A DNA stretch of 60,897 nucleotides, counting the filler. It is 6 parts of 6 records of this genome, joined end to end, with 100 filler letters (N's around TTAATTAATTAA, not from the genome) between each part and the next. Parts side by side here need not be neighbours in the genome. Positions count along the whole stretch, not along the records: positions 44,132 to 55,259 come from SRR2962707_3936; positions 55,360 to 60,897 come from SRR2962707_3938; 4 more parts are not named here. One strand, given 5' to 3'. Numbering within the stretch: position 1 is the stretch's first letter; the number at the start of each line of letters is the position of its first letter. The notes below the pieces were generated by a model. That model did not search any database, was not told where the DNA came from, and worked only from the letters and a program-made list of their open reading frames with translations. This document shows, one piece after another, positions 47,658 through 57,763 of this stretch. Both the position numbers and the translations under genes were made by a program.

Positions 47658-50600
47658 TCAAGAAGACTCCTTACGTTTTTTTATCTTGAAATTCACCAAT
47701 CCATTCCCCATACTTTCCTCTTCCTCTTCTTCTTTTTTAGCTTCTTTTTTAGGCTGATTTTCTTTATCAGGATTGGCTTCAAAAATCTTCCTTAAAAGTT
47801 GTCTAAAAGTATCAAACTCTACTTGGTAAGAAATCCCAAACCCTTGTGTATACCCTTGCTGCTGTGCAAAGAATTGCTGAATTTGATCCTCGCGGTTAAA
47901 TATTCGTGCAATTAAACTTCCTTCTTCATTTAAAAGTATTTGCACTTCCACATCTCCCGCAACAACTGTTTCTGTAACCCCTCCCACAGGAACTCCAATT
48001 TTACCATTAATTAAAATCCGTTCACTAATTTGTGTGGAAACGGTAACTCCTAATCGGTCTTCAGAAACAAAATCCAATTCTGGATTCTTTTCTCCAATGT
48101 CATAAGATACTCCAACATCAAATTTACCATCTCCAGAATTTAGTACTTGGTTAAATAAACTCGAAGCAGTTTGCACTAAGTTTCCGGTTACAGCGGTTTG
48201 ATTAATACTTAATTCATTTAAAAATACCCCTTGAGATAGTAATGAAAAAGCTTGGAGCTCTCTTTTAGAGTTATCGTCTAAACGGTATTGTAATTCTGCA
48301 TTTATAACAGCATTAGCCGACGGAAAATTAATTTCGTAATCCAAAGAAGGCTGCATTAATTGTCCTTGTAATTTTATAATAACATCGGTTTCTAATTTAC
48401 GAGTAAGCAAACTGTTTTCCAAAAGAACAGCAGGATTTGCGTAAAGCGAATATTTGGCAGCAATATTCATATCTACATCATCTAGTGGATCTCCTTCCCA
48501 ATTGATAGTTCCTCCTGGTTGTACTACAAAACGTTTGTTTATAAAACCTCCATATTTAAATAGATATTCTCCTGTATAGGTAATAAAATCTCCATACATT
48601 CTAAACTTTCCATTGGTATTAATTTCTATAAGTAAGTTTCCTGCGCCTGTACCTTTTAAAGTGCTTCGGGTTTTGGGATCTATAATTATTTCTACCTCGG
48701 CATCTGGAGTTACATCTAAATCAAACTGCATTTCTACACCTTTTACTTCTGCAAGTTTTTGACGTTCTGCTTCTTCTTTTGATTCATTTTTATCAATAAA
48801 ATTAATAATTGAAGTATCTCCTATTTCAGTAATATCACTAACAGGAATTACAAAAGTTGTTCCTTTTTCTGTTCTTGCATTTACATCAATATTTATCATT
48901 TTATTGGTAAGCCCATAAATTTGAGCCTTCCCACTTATAAATCCTGTCCCATAATATAAGGATTCTTCTTGCATTTTTGTATTTAGCACCAAAAAGCGTT
49001 CGCCTTCAGTATCCAAATAAAGATCGAGATACCAGTCTTTAAAATGATCGTATGTTATAGATCCATTTAGTTTAGCTTGTGTTTTGTACTGGGTGTCTAT
49101 AATTCCAATATCATCAAATTTAAATGAGCGTCCTTCTAAATTTACATCGGCTATCTTTTCAAAATCAAGATCTACATTTAGATAAGGAATTTTTAATCCG
49201 CCATCGGTTATTTGTAGGGCACCATTCATTTCTGGATTTTCTATGGCTCCAGTGAGTTTAAAATCTCCAGAAGCTAATCCACGCATATTAGAAATTACAT
49301 CTCCTCCAAGCGGACTTAACGCTTTAAGGTTTAAACTTTCCAACCGTCCACTTAAATCTAGTTGTGTACTTTTTTCAGTAGAAATAATGTCTCCTAAAAT
49401 ATTTAACGACTCTCTATCCTGATTTACAATTTTGGCATTTACTGCAAACTGACTCAAATTATCGTTCCCAAGAATGGAGAGAAATAAGTTCCCCAACAGT
49501 AAATCGTTTACTTTAAAGTCAGAAATTTTAACATTAGATGAAGGTGTATAATTACTATTACGCTGAAGAATATTTAAGTAACCATCTACAATTCCATCTA
49601 GTTTTAAACTATCTACTTCTGGCATTATTTTATCCAAGGTAACCTTATCAAACTGAAGGTCGATATCTTTATAAGTACTATCTCTTAGAGTCCCCTCCAA
49701 ACTAATTTGCTCGTCTTGGTAATTCATCACTACCCTACTTATATTTATGGTATCTAATGTCTTACTAAAACTTACTTTATTATCTGTATCGTTATCTTCA
49801 TTTATAATCCAATCTCGTCCTTTAAACCCTAGCTGAGAGCGTTTTAAACCAATTACTGACTCCTGTTTATTATTAAAGGTATGATAAAAATTAAGATTGT
49901 AAATATCATTAAATTCTTTCCCTCCTTTAAACTCAGTTCTAAAAAATAGTGTGTCGTTAATTTTGGTATTTATTAAAGAAAAATCGGTAACATCATAAAT
50001 ATTAGATTCGATATTTTGAACTTCTACATAGGTATTATACAGCGGATTTTTATTATCTATTTGAATTTGAATATTATCAAATATATTTCCGTTGGCATTA
50101 ATTTTAGGAGAATTAAAATTTAGTTTAAAGTCGCCTTCATCTGCAACAATACTTCCTTTTATAAATGTATTACTTCCAAACTCAATTTTTGGAAAAAACA
50201 CCTCTATAATTTTGTTATAAATTTTAAAATTAAAATCTACATACTGCCCTTCGGCTACGGGTTCCGGCTTATAATTGGTATAAATACTTCCAATAGAATT
50301 CTTTACTAAATTCCCCAACTCCCTAACTCTATATTTACCTTTTAACGAGCCCGTTATAATATCTGGAGAATTTACAGTTATAATTCGTTCTTCTTCTTTA
50401 AACTCGGAGGTAACCGTAAAATCATCAAAATAATAACTATCATTTTGGTTGGTATAATTTGTTTTATAAAAACTTATTTCTCCTGCAAGATCATACAAGC
50501 TATTTCCAGACATATCTGCCACAATATTTCCTTTAAAAACCGAAATACTATCTCTAGAGACAAAATTTAATCGGTTTAAATCAATATTATTTACAGAAGC

Positions 50601-52130
50601 CACAAATTTAAATTCGTTGGTAGTTCCAGAGAGGTCTGCCAAACCTTTAAAAGCAACATCAAAGTTTTGGTCCTTTGAGGTAACAGAACCATCAAACAAT
50701 TGATCTTTTAAAATCCCAGAAACTTTAAGGTTTTTATATTCGTATCCGTTATAATTTACACTGAAGATTTCTCCTATTATTTCGGTATTAAGCGATTCTT
50801 GTTTGAATCCTTGTCCGTCTACATTTACATCTAAATTGGTTAACCCCAACGATTCATCTTCTAGGAAAATTCCCATATCAAAATCTTGTAAAGACAGTAA
50901 TCCCTTATAAGATGCATTGTCTATATTGTCAATATTTGTAAGTGTTAAATCGGAATACCCTTTTCCTATATCTGAAATCAAATTTACTTTTGCATAAACC
51001 GATTGCTCTGTAATTCTCATACTTCCAAAAACGGAAAGTTGACCAAATTTACTAAAAGAAGAAGGTAAGGTTTTACCGAGAATTCCAGGTAATAAATTGG
51101 TAAGCTGATAATAATTTGAAGAAACATTATTAATATGAGCATCTATACTAAAAGGCTTTGCTTTTTCGAATAAATTATTAAATACAAAGTCGCCATCAAT
51201 CAAAGTGTTTCCAGAAGTCATCTTTAAATTATTCATGGCTAACTTATTCAAAACCCCTTCAAAATCTGTTGATAATTCTACCTTTTTTCCGCTTCCAAAT
51301 TCATCAAAATAAAGATTAATCTCATCCAAAGCTACAGTAGATTCTTCAAAGTTTCCTGTCAGATTTACTTCATTTAAAAAATCTTTAAAATCTTCAATTT
51401 CATAATCAAAAACAACATTTCCTTTAATATAAGATTCTGGAGTTTCTATAGACAAACTATCCAATCTCATTGCTGTTTTAGTATAAGAAAAATCTGTCTG
51501 CAAACGATTTACAACCACTCCCTTTTTTGTAGTAAAATCTAACTGGTCTACACCAACCGTAACTTTAGGTCCTAAAATTTGAAAAGAATCGGCTTCTATA
51601 TGAAGGTTTTCTAGACCAACAATAAGCGGATTTTCTTTATTTTCGTCCACCAACCTAAACTCACTTTTATTAACAGAAATATGAGACGAGGTCATCAAAA
51701 AAGGATTATTAGGGTCTCCTTCTCCACTATCCAATTTATCTACAAAAACGTTTAAATTGGTATTATCTTCTCCTTTATGAATTTTTAAATTCAGTAATAA
51801 TTCATCAGCTCGGATATCGCCAAATTCTAGATCGCCTTTAACCACATGGCGTAAACTAAGGATTGAGGTATTTAATTTATTTATATAAACTAAGGTATCC
51901 TTTTTATAATCTTCAATATAAACCCCTTTAATATTTACATCTCCAAAAAATGGCATAAACTGAACGCCATCAATATAAATACGGGTATTAAAAGTTTCAT
52001 TTAAATAATTGGTAGCCCTTTTAGCAATAGAAGTTTGGACAAAAGGTAACGACAGAAAAATACTAGTCAATACCACTATTAGTATTAAAACAAGTAGTAC
52101 CCTAAATAATATTTTCCTTAGTTTTTTGAT
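47658..52130 (-). CDS. tamB: TamB/AsmA-like translocation and assembly module protein (~1490 aa)
   Basis: N-terminal signal anchor ending LPFVQT, long beta-rich body, C-terminal GGTINWEGDP region; ORF-track start GTG 52076, extended here to ATC 52130. Confidence 0.85.
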   Translation of the reverse strand: MKKLRKILFRVLLVLILIVVLTSIFLSLPFVQTSIAKRATNYLNETFNTRIYIDGVQFMPFFGDVNIKGVYIEDYKKDTLVYINKLNTSILSLRHVVKGDLEFGDIRADELLLNLKIHKGEDNTNLNVFVDKLDSGEGDPNNPFLMTSSHISVNKSEFRLVDENKENPLIVGLENLHIEADSFQILGPKVTVGVDQLDFTTKKGVVVNRLQTDFSYTKTAMRLDSLSIETPESYIKGNVVFDYEIEDFKDFLNEVNLTGNFEESTVALDEINLYFDEFGSGKKVELSTDFEGVLNKLAMNNLKMTSGNTLIDGDFVFNNLFEKAKPFSIDAHINNVSSNYYQLTNLLPGILGKTLPSSFSKFGQLSVFGSMRITEQSVYAKVNLISDIGKGYSDLTLTNIDNIDNASYKGLLSLQDFDMGIFLEDESLGLTNLDVNVDGQGFKQESLNTEIIGEIFSVNYNGYEYKNLKVSGILKDQLFDGSVTSKDQNFDVAFKGLADLSGTTNEFKFVASVNNIDLNRLNFVSRDSISVFKGNIVADMSGNSLYDLAGEISFYKTNYTNQNDSYYFDDFTVTSEFKEEERIITVNSPDIITGSLKGKYRVRELGNLVKNSIGSIYTNYKPEPVAEGQYVDFNFKIYNKIIEVFFPKIEFGSNTFIKGSIVADEGDFKLNFNSPKINANGNIFDNIQIQIDNKNPLYNTYVEVQNIESNIYDVTDFSLINTKINDTLFFRTEFKGGKEFNDIYNLNFYHTFNNKQESVIGLKRSQLGFKGRDWIINEDNDTDNKVSFSKTLDTINISRVVMNYQDEQISLEGTLRDSTYKDIDLQFDKVTLDKIMPEVDSLKLDGIVDGYLNILQRNSNYTPSSNVKISDFKVNDLLLGNLFLSILGNDNLSQFAVNAKIVNQDRESLNILGDIISTEKSTQLDLSGRLESLNLKALSPLGGDVISNMRGLASGDFKLTGAIENPEMNGALQITDGGLKIPYLNVDLDFEKIADVNLEGRSFKFDDIGIIDTQYKTQAKLNGSITYDHFKDWYLDLYLDTEGERFLVLNTKMQEESLYYGTGFISGKAQIYGLTNKMINIDVNARTEKGTTFVIPVSDITEIGDTSIINFIDKNESKEEAERQKLAEVKGVEMQFDLDVTPDAEVEIIIDPKTRSTLKGTGAGNLLIEINTNGKFRMYGDFITYTGEYLFKYGGFINKRFVVQPGGTINWEGDPLDDVDMNIAAKYSLYANPAVLLENSLLTRKLETDVIIKLQGQLMQPSLDYEINFPSANAVINAELQYRLDDNSKRELQAFSLLSQGVFLNELSINQTAVTGNLVQTASSLFNQVLNSGDGKFDVGVSYDIGEKNPELDFVSEDRLGVTVSTQISERILINGKIGVPVGGVTETVVAGDVEVQILLNEEGSLIARIFNREDQIQQFFAQQQGYTQGFGISYQVEFDTFRQLLRKIFEANPDKENQPKKEAKKEEEEEESMGNGLVNFKIKKRKESS

Positions 52131-52144
52131 AGATTTTAATGTTT

Positions 52145-52152
52145 TACCTTTG
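52145..52152 (+). promoter_or_regulatory. Bacteroidota -7 promoter element for tsaD
   Basis: TACCTTTG matches TAnnTTTG. Confidence 0.65.
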
Positions 52153-52170
52153 CTTATTAATTTCCAGTTT

Positions 52171-52178
52171 CAAAGATA
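52171..52178 (-). promoter_or_regulatory. Bacteroidota -7 promoter element for tamB
   Basis: Minus strand TATCTTTG matches TAnnTTTG. Confidence 0.65.
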
Positions 52179-52180
52179 GC

Positions 52181-53203
52181 ATGAATACTCAAGATGTTTA
52201 CATACTAGCGATAGAATCTTCTTGCGATGATACTTCGGCAGCTGTATTACACAACGATAAAGTGTTGAGCAATGTTGTTGCCAACCAAAAAATTCACGAA
52301 GAATATGGCGGCGTGGTTCCAGAGCTTGCCTCAAGGGCACATCAACAAAATATTGTTCCGGTGGTTCATCAAGCATTAAGCAAGGCAAATATCGATAAAA
52401 AACAGTTAGCTGCAATAGCTTTTACGCGTGGCCCTGGATTAATGGGATCTTTGCTTGTAGGAACTTCCTTTGCTAAGTCCTTGGCGCTAGGTTTAAACAT
52501 TCCTCTCATAGAGGTTAACCATATGCAAGCGCATATTTTAGCACATTTTATTGACGAGCCTGATACTCCAAAACCTAGTTTTCCTTTTTTAGCAATGACT
52601 ATTAGTGGCGGACATACCCAAATTGTTAAAGTTTATAACCACTTTGAAATGGAAGTTATTGGGGAAACTATAGATGATGCTGTTGGAGAAGCTTTTGACA
52701 AATCGGCTAAAATATTAGGACTCCCCTATCCAGGTGGTCCTTTAATTGATAAATATGCCCAATTAGGTAACCCAAAAGCATTTCCATTTCCTAAACCTAA
52801 AGTTGGCGAATTAAACTTTAGTTTTAGCGGCTTTAAAACAGCGGTTCTTTATTTTATTCAGAAAGAGGTAAAGGAAAATCCTAATTTTATTGAAGAAAAT
52901 TTGTACGATATATGTGCTTCCATTCAATATACAATAATTGGAATTTTAATTGATAAACTGAAAAAAGCCTCCAAGCAAACAGAAATCAAACAAATAGCCA
53001 TTGGCGGTGGCGTTTCTGCAAACTCTGGAATTAGAAAAGCTTTAAAAGAAGGGGAACAACGTTTTGGTTGGAAAACTTTTGTTCCTAAATTTGAATACAC
53101 AACAGACAATGCTGGAATGATTGGAATTGTTGGATATTATAAATTTTTAAACCAAGATTTTACAGATCAAACAATTACCGCAAAAGCTAGATTTGCGCTC
53201 TAA
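52181..53203 (+). CDS. tsaD: tRNA N6-threonylcarbamoyltransferase TsaD
   Basis: AIESSCDDT, GGVVPELASRAH, NHMQAH, SGGHT, DDAVGEAFDK, TDNAGMI. Confidence 0.97.
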   Translation: MNTQDVYILAIESSCDDTSAAVLHNDKVLSNVVANQKIHEEYGGVVPELASRAHQQNIVPVVHQALSKANIDKKQLAAIAFTRGPGLMGSLLVGTSFAKSLALGLNIPLIEVNHMQAHILAHFIDEPDTPKPSFPFLAMTISGGHTQIVKVYNHFEMEVIGETIDDAVGEAFDKSAKILGLPYPGGPLIDKYAQLGNPKAFPFPKPKVGELNFSFSGFKTAVLYFIQKEVKENPNFIEENLYDICASIQYTIIGILIDKLKKASKQTEIKQIAIGGGVSANSGIRKALKEGEQRFGWKTFVPKFEYTTDNAGMIGIVGYYKFLNQDFTDQTITAKARFAL

Positions 53204-53256
53204 TCTTGATTTGATAAACTAAATTTTCAACTTTCAACATATTAACTCACATCTCT

Positions 53257-53961
53257 ATGCAACTTTTTTACGCACCAGAATTAGAAAGCAACGCACAACA
53301 ATTTACTTTCGACAAAGAAGAAAGTAGGCATATTAGCAAAGTGCTCCGTAAAAAAGAAGGAGATACCTTATATATTACCAATGGTAAAGGATGGCTTTTT
53401 GATGCTGAAATAATTAATGCTGACATAAAAAATTGTGTTGTAACTATTAAGGACGCCAATTTAAAATATAAAAAGAATTACTATTTACATATGGCGGTGG
53501 CTCCAACAAAAATGAACGACCGCTTTGAATGGTTTTTGGAGAAAGCTACAGAAATTGGTATTGATGAAATTACGCCTATAATTTGCGACCATTCCGAGCG
53601 AAAAACTATAAAAATAGAACGCTACGAAAAGATCCTACAAGCTGCTATGAAGCAATCTTTAAATTGCTACTTACCAAAACTAAACGATGCCATAAATTTT
53701 ACTTCTTTTTTAGATGAAAAAAGAGAGGGTCAATTATTTATTGCACATTGCGAAGAGCAAGAGAAATACGATTTAAAACGAAAAATTATGGCAGACAATA
53801 AGGTTTTAATTCTTATTGGGCCAGAAGGCGATTTTTCTTTAAATGAAATAAAAACAGCAGTAGATCATGGATTTACTCCTGTAAGTTTAAGCGACAATCG
53901 TTTACGTACAGAAACCGCTGCTATTGTAGCCTGCCACATAGTTTCCTTGATAAATTCTTAA
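53257..53961 (+). CDS. rsmE: 16S rRNA m3U1498 methyltransferase RsmE
   Basis: HISKVLR, EKATEIG, AAMKQS, IGPEGDF, RLRTETAA. Confidence 0.96.
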   Translation: MQLFYAPELESNAQQFTFDKEESRHISKVLRKKEGDTLYITNGKGWLFDAEIINADIKNCVVTIKDANLKYKKNYYLHMAVAPTKMNDRFEWFLEKATEIGIDEITPIICDHSERKTIKIERYEKILQAAMKQSLNCYLPKLNDAINFTSFLDEKREGQLFIAHCEEQEKYDLKRKIMADNKVLILIGPEGDFSLNEIKTAVDHGFTPVSLSDNRLRTETAAIVACHIVSLINS

Positions 53962-54686
53962 TTACAATCCCAAGTAAAATTAGCCACTTTATAGTTTAAA
54001 GTAGGCTTATAATTATAATGCCACCACTCTGAAGTTATAGCGCCAAAACCAAAAGATTCCATTGTAGTTTTTAATAATTTTCGGTTATCTAACACTTCTT
54101 TTGGCAAATCGGTATACGCATGTCTTGCCTTTCTTCCAAAGAAATCAAATGGAGTTCCCATCTCCAGTTCTTTGCCCTCTAAAGTAGTCAACGTAATATC
54201 TACAGCACCTCCCTTATTATGTATAGAGCCTTTTGCCGGATTGGCAACATAAGTAGCATTTGGAACAATTTTCCACATTTTCTTTTGCACATCATGCGGA
54301 CGGTAGCAATCAAAAAACTTAATCCGATACCCTTTTTCCATAAAAGCCTGATTAGCTTTTAGTAGCCCTCTAGCGGTTACAGCCCGAACATAACATTCTC
54401 CACAATCGTAAACTTGTGCTTTTAAAAAATTGTCTTCTGTAGCATATTTCATTTCATAGACAAAATCATCACTATAATCTGCTAATCTTACAAAAGTAGT
54501 ATCAGAAATAGATGCCAGAGGAGTTATATTTTTTTCGGGTATTGTAGTAGTTTCTTCTACTATTGTGTCTTTAGCTACTTCTACTCCAACTTCAGACGCA
54601 TTCTCATTAGAAACTTGAGGAGTTTTTGACTTTTGTTTGCAGGATAATAAACCTATAAACATTACTACAACTAATATTTTTTTCAT
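53958..54686 (-). CDS. M15 family D-Ala-D-Ala dipeptidase (VanX/DdpX-like) lipoprotein
   Basis: Lipobox LLSC; FDCYRP, GSIHNKGGAVD, MGTPFDFF, EWWHY. Confidence 0.9.
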   Translation of the reverse strand: MKKILVVVMFIGLLSCKQKSKTPQVSNENASEVGVEVAKDTIVEETTTIPEKNITPLASISDTTFVRLADYSDDFVYEMKYATEDNFLKAQVYDCGECYVRAVTARGLLKANQAFMEKGYRIKFFDCYRPHDVQKKMWKIVPNATYVANPAKGSIHNKGGAVDITLTTLEGKELEMGTPFDFFGRKARHAYTDLPKEVLDNRKLLKTTMESFGFGAITSEWWHYNYKPTLNYKVANFTWDCN

Positions 54687-55016
54687 CTGTTACTGTTTAT
54701 TTGTAAGTATTAGGGAATAAATATGGTTATTTTTTAGCTTCTCTAAATAATTTACCGTTATACCCCTCAAAAAGGTACAATTCCAATTTGTGAGTAAAGG
54801 TATAAAAAAGCTAAACATTAAAGTTTTCACAAAACTTAAAACTCATACAATAGAAAATAATATTTAACTAAAATTCTGTAAGACTCTATAGATAAACGGA
54901 TAGCTAAATCCGTTGAAATACACATACACTTTAATAGTAAATAATCGTTGATAGTTTTAAGCTTTTCTTATAAAACACTTATAAAGTGGTTAACAATTTC
55001 GTTTAAATAAGCATCC

Positions 55017-55024
55017 TACATTTG
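55017..55024 (+). promoter_or_regulatory. Bacteroidota -7 promoter element
   Basis: TACATTTG ending 44 bp before the porin-like ATG. Confidence 0.6.
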
Positions 55025-55068
55025 AACCAGCAAACCAATTTTTTATTAATAATTAAAACTATTTAATC

Positions 55069-55259
55069 ATGAAAAAACACATTTTAGTAATAGCAACTTT
55101 ATTAGTAGGAACTATAGCAAGCGCACAATCTTGGTCTGATGAGTTCCAATTAGGTGCCCGCGGGGGTTTAAACTTTTCTAGTGTAGCTGGAGATGATATT
55201 GACAGTCCAGATAACAGAACCAGTTTTTATGCTGGTTTGGTTGCTGAAGCGCCATTAAG
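55069..55259 (+). CDS. Outer-membrane beta-barrel (porin family/PorT-like) protein, 3'-truncated
   Basis: Signal peptide ending ASA-Q; FQLGARGGLNFS, FYAGLVAE. Confidence 0.8.
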
Positions 55260-55359
55260 NNNNNNNNNNNNNNNNNNNNNNNNNNNNNNNNNNNNNNNNN
55301 NNNTTAATTAATTAANNNNNNNNNNNNNNNNNNNNNNNNNNNNNNNNNNNNNNNNNNNN
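55260..55359. other. Artificial contig spacer
   Basis: N-run with TTAATTAATTAA. Confidence 0.99.
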
Positions 55360-55480
55360 GCAGCAGGGTGGTTTCCTGGTTCATGACATCGACCAGGGAA
55401 GCAAGGGCCTGTTCGGCGTGATTGCACAGCTCTTCTGCCGGCAGGGCATCAAGGGCGGCAAGGCGGGCGGCTGCGGTCAT
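55360..55480 (-). CDS. Flagellar-operon protein, possibly FlgN-like chaperone, 3'-truncated
   Basis: MTAARLAALDALPAEELCNHAEQALASLVDVMNQETTLL; ATGA-coupled to flgJ. Confidence 0.55.
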
Positions 55481-55821
55481 TTTCCGTACACTCCGGCACT
55501 GGGGACATTATTGTTGTAGGTATTGGCAGCGCGGCTGGCATTGGCCGCTTCCTGCGAGGCGATCATCTGGCTCATCAGATCATCGGCAATGCCGACGCCG
55601 CCGCTGTTGGCAATGGAATTGGCTAGCTGCTCGGCCTGCATGGAACGCCAGGTCTCTTCGCCAAAGCCGCCGCCGCCGAAATTCTCGTCGCTTTTGACGG
55701 TGGCGAACATTTCCTTGGTCAGCATGTTGAGAAAGACGCCCTCGAGTTCCTCGGCCTGGGCGCGCATGCGCTGCATCTGGACCGGGGTGATGGTGGAGCC
55801 GGTTTCGCTGATCGTGTTCAT
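55477..55821 (-). CDS. flgJ: Short rod-binding FlgJ-like protein
   Basis: AEELEGVFL..L..MF, GGGFGEETWRSM, GGVGIAD; downstream of flgI. Confidence 0.85.
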   Translation of the reverse strand: MNTISETGSTITPVQMQRMRAQAEELEGVFLNMLTKEMFATVKSDENFGGGGFGEETWRSMQAEQLANSIANSGGVGIADDLMSQMIASQEAANASRAANTYNNNVPSAGVYGK

Positions 55822-56939
55822 CACAGCACCTCGATCTCGGCCTGCAGGGCGCCGGTGGCCTTGATGGCCTGAAGAATCGCTATGAGATCGCGCGGCGAGA
55901 TGCCCAGCGCGTTGAGCCCGTCGACAAGCTGCTGCAGGGTCACCGATTCATTGACGACCTGCAGGGCGGTGTCGGACTGATTGACATTGAGATTGGTGTT
56001 GGGCTCGACGGCCGTCTGCCCCAGGGTCAGCGGATTGGGCTGCACCACTTCGGGGTTTTCCGCGATGGTGACGGTCAGGTTGGACTGGGCCACGGCCACG
56101 CTCGACACGCGCACATCCTTGCCCATGACGATGATGCCGGAATTTTCGTCGATGACGATCTTGGCGGTCTGGTCCGTCTGAACGATCAACTGCTCGATAT
56201 CGGTGAGCAGGTCGACAATATTGCCGTTGAAATTGCGGGGCAGGGTGAGGCGTACCGTGGCGGGATCTTCCGGCACGGCCGTGGGGGCGCCGATGAAGTC
56301 GTTGACGGCCAGCGCAATGCGGCGGGCGGTGGTCAGGTCGGGATTGCGCAGGGCCAGGCGCAGCGTGTGCTGGGAGCCCAGGTGAAAGTCGATCTCGCGC
56401 TCGATCAGGGCACCGGAGGAAATCCGGCCCGTGGTCGGGACGCCGGAGATGACGCTGGCTGCGTCGCCCTGGGCACTGAAGCCGTTGATCAGCACCGGGC
56501 CCTGGGCGATGGCGTAGACTTCACCATCGGCGCCCAAAAGCGGCGTCACCAGCAGCGTACCGCCCTGCAGGCTGTCGGCATCGCCCAGGGCGGCGACCGA
56601 CACATCCATGCGCGACCCTTGCGTGGAGAAAGGCGGCAGATTGGCGGTGACCATGACGGCGGCAACATTTGCCGTGCGAACGTTCTCGCCCTGGGTATTG
56701 ACACCAAGCCGTTCGAGCATGGATTGCAGCGACTGCTTGGTGAAGGGCGAATTGTTGAGGCTGTCGCCGGTGCCGTTGAGGCCAACCACAAGGCCATAGC
56801 CCACGAGCTGGTTCTCACGGACCCCTTCCATATCCACAATGTCCTTGATGCGGGCGGGCGCCGCCTGCACGGACGTCATGGGCGACAGGATGAGCGCAAG
56901 GCTCAGCGTGGCGGCGGCTATGGTTCGGATCAGGCGCAT
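55821..56939 (-). CDS. flgI: Flagellar P-ring protein
   Basis: RIKDI, GVRENQLVGYGLVVGLNGTGD, NVAAVMVTA, LQAIKATGALQAE; ATG at 56939. Confidence 0.97.
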   Translation of the reverse strand: MRLIRTIAAATLSLALILSPMTSVQAAPARIKDIVDMEGVRENQLVGYGLVVGLNGTGDSLNNSPFTKQSLQSMLERLGVNTQGENVRTANVAAVMVTANLPPFSTQGSRMDVSVAALGDADSLQGGTLLVTPLLGADGEVYAIAQGPVLINGFSAQGDAASVISGVPTTGRISSGALIEREIDFHLGSQHTLRLALRNPDLTTARRIALAVNDFIGAPTAVPEDPATVRLTLPRNFNGNIVDLLTDIEQLIVQTDQTAKIVIDENSGIIVMGKDVRVSSVAVAQSNLTVTIAENPEVVQPNPLTLGQTAVEPNTNLNVNQSDTALQVVNESVTLQQLVDGLNALGISPRDLIAILQAIKATGALQAEIEVL

Positions 56940-56998
56940 GGTCAATTTCCCCGAGTGATGCCGCGCCATCCCCATGGTGCGACCTTCACAGGGGTAAA

Positions 56999-57014
56999 TG
57001 CCAGAACCGTGCCA
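56999..57014 (-). promoter_or_regulatory. Sigma54 promoter of flgI
   Basis: Minus strand TGGCAC-GGTTC-TGGCA (GG-N10-GC). Confidence 0.75.
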
Positions 57015-57089
57015 GATTGTTCTCGATGATCTAATGCGTTGATCTAGAAGGGTTTTGCTTTGATTGCAGTTTGGGCTGATATTGCCACT

Positions 57090-57148
57090 GAGCAATTCTT
57101 GCCGGGCGCGTTAAGGGCTTGTTAACCCGAGTGGGCAGAATTTGCCGG
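57090..57148. promoter_or_regulatory. CtrA box flanked by two FlbD ftr-like enhancer elements
   Basis: TTAA-N7-TTAAC at 57111-57126; CCCGGCAAGAATTGCTC (57106-57090) and CCGGCAAATTCTGCCC (57148-57133) on minus. Confidence 0.75.
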
Positions 57149-57177
57149 TATTCGACACGCCAAGTGAGTCAGGCCTT

Positions 57178-57597
57178 TTGCGCATCGACGCAACCAATCG
57201 CAGTGGGAATGTTGCCGGCCGGTCATCGACGGGCAAGGCGGGCAATGGCCCTGCCTTTGTGCCGGCGGGGGAGCAGGGACCCCAGCGGGTCAATGCGACC
57301 GCGCCGTCCACAGCGACAACCGGGATCGATGCCATTCTGGCCCTGCAGGCCAATGGCGATTTCTCCGAGAGCCGCCGCAAGGCCGTCAAGCAGGGCACAA
57401 GGCTGCTCGATCTGCTTGAGGAGATGAAGGCCGACCTGCTGATCGGAAGGGTTGCGCCGGAGCGCCTCGATACCATGGTGACCCAATTGCGCAATCTGCG
57501 CGAACGGGTGGAGCCGGAACTGGACGCAGTACTCGATGATATCGAGTTGCGGGTTCTGGTTGAGCTGGCCAAGCTGGGACGATATCCCCAGATTTGA
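57178..57597 (+). CDS. fliX: Flagellar assembly regulator FliX
   Basis: IDAILALQ, RRKAVKQG..LLDLLEEMK..LL, LDDIELRVLVELAK; divergent from flgI; TTG start inferred. Confidence 0.9.
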   Translation: MRIDATNRSGNVAGRSSTGKAGNGPAFVPAGEQGPQRVNATAPSTATTGIDAILALQANGDFSESRRKAVKQGTRLLDLLEEMKADLLIGRVAPERLDTMVTQLRNLRERVEPELDAVLDDIELRVLVELAKLGRYPQI

Positions 57598-57763
57598 TCT
57601 GGTCACGATTTGACTATCCGTCATCAAGTTGTAGCCGATTTTGGGCTATGCGCCTGATGCGCCGCAGTTTCTTGCGTTAACGAGTGGTAACTTGTGTGCT
57701 TGCGGGCGAACGGCGAGGCGCATATATAGGCCGCCAAGGGCGCATTGGAGGTTGAGTCTGCTG

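Noticed and set aside
53958-54686. VanX-like gene as vancomycin resistance
   Set aside because: Stand-alone lipoprotein with no vanH, vanA, vanR or vanS; consistent with an ordinary cell-wall peptidase.
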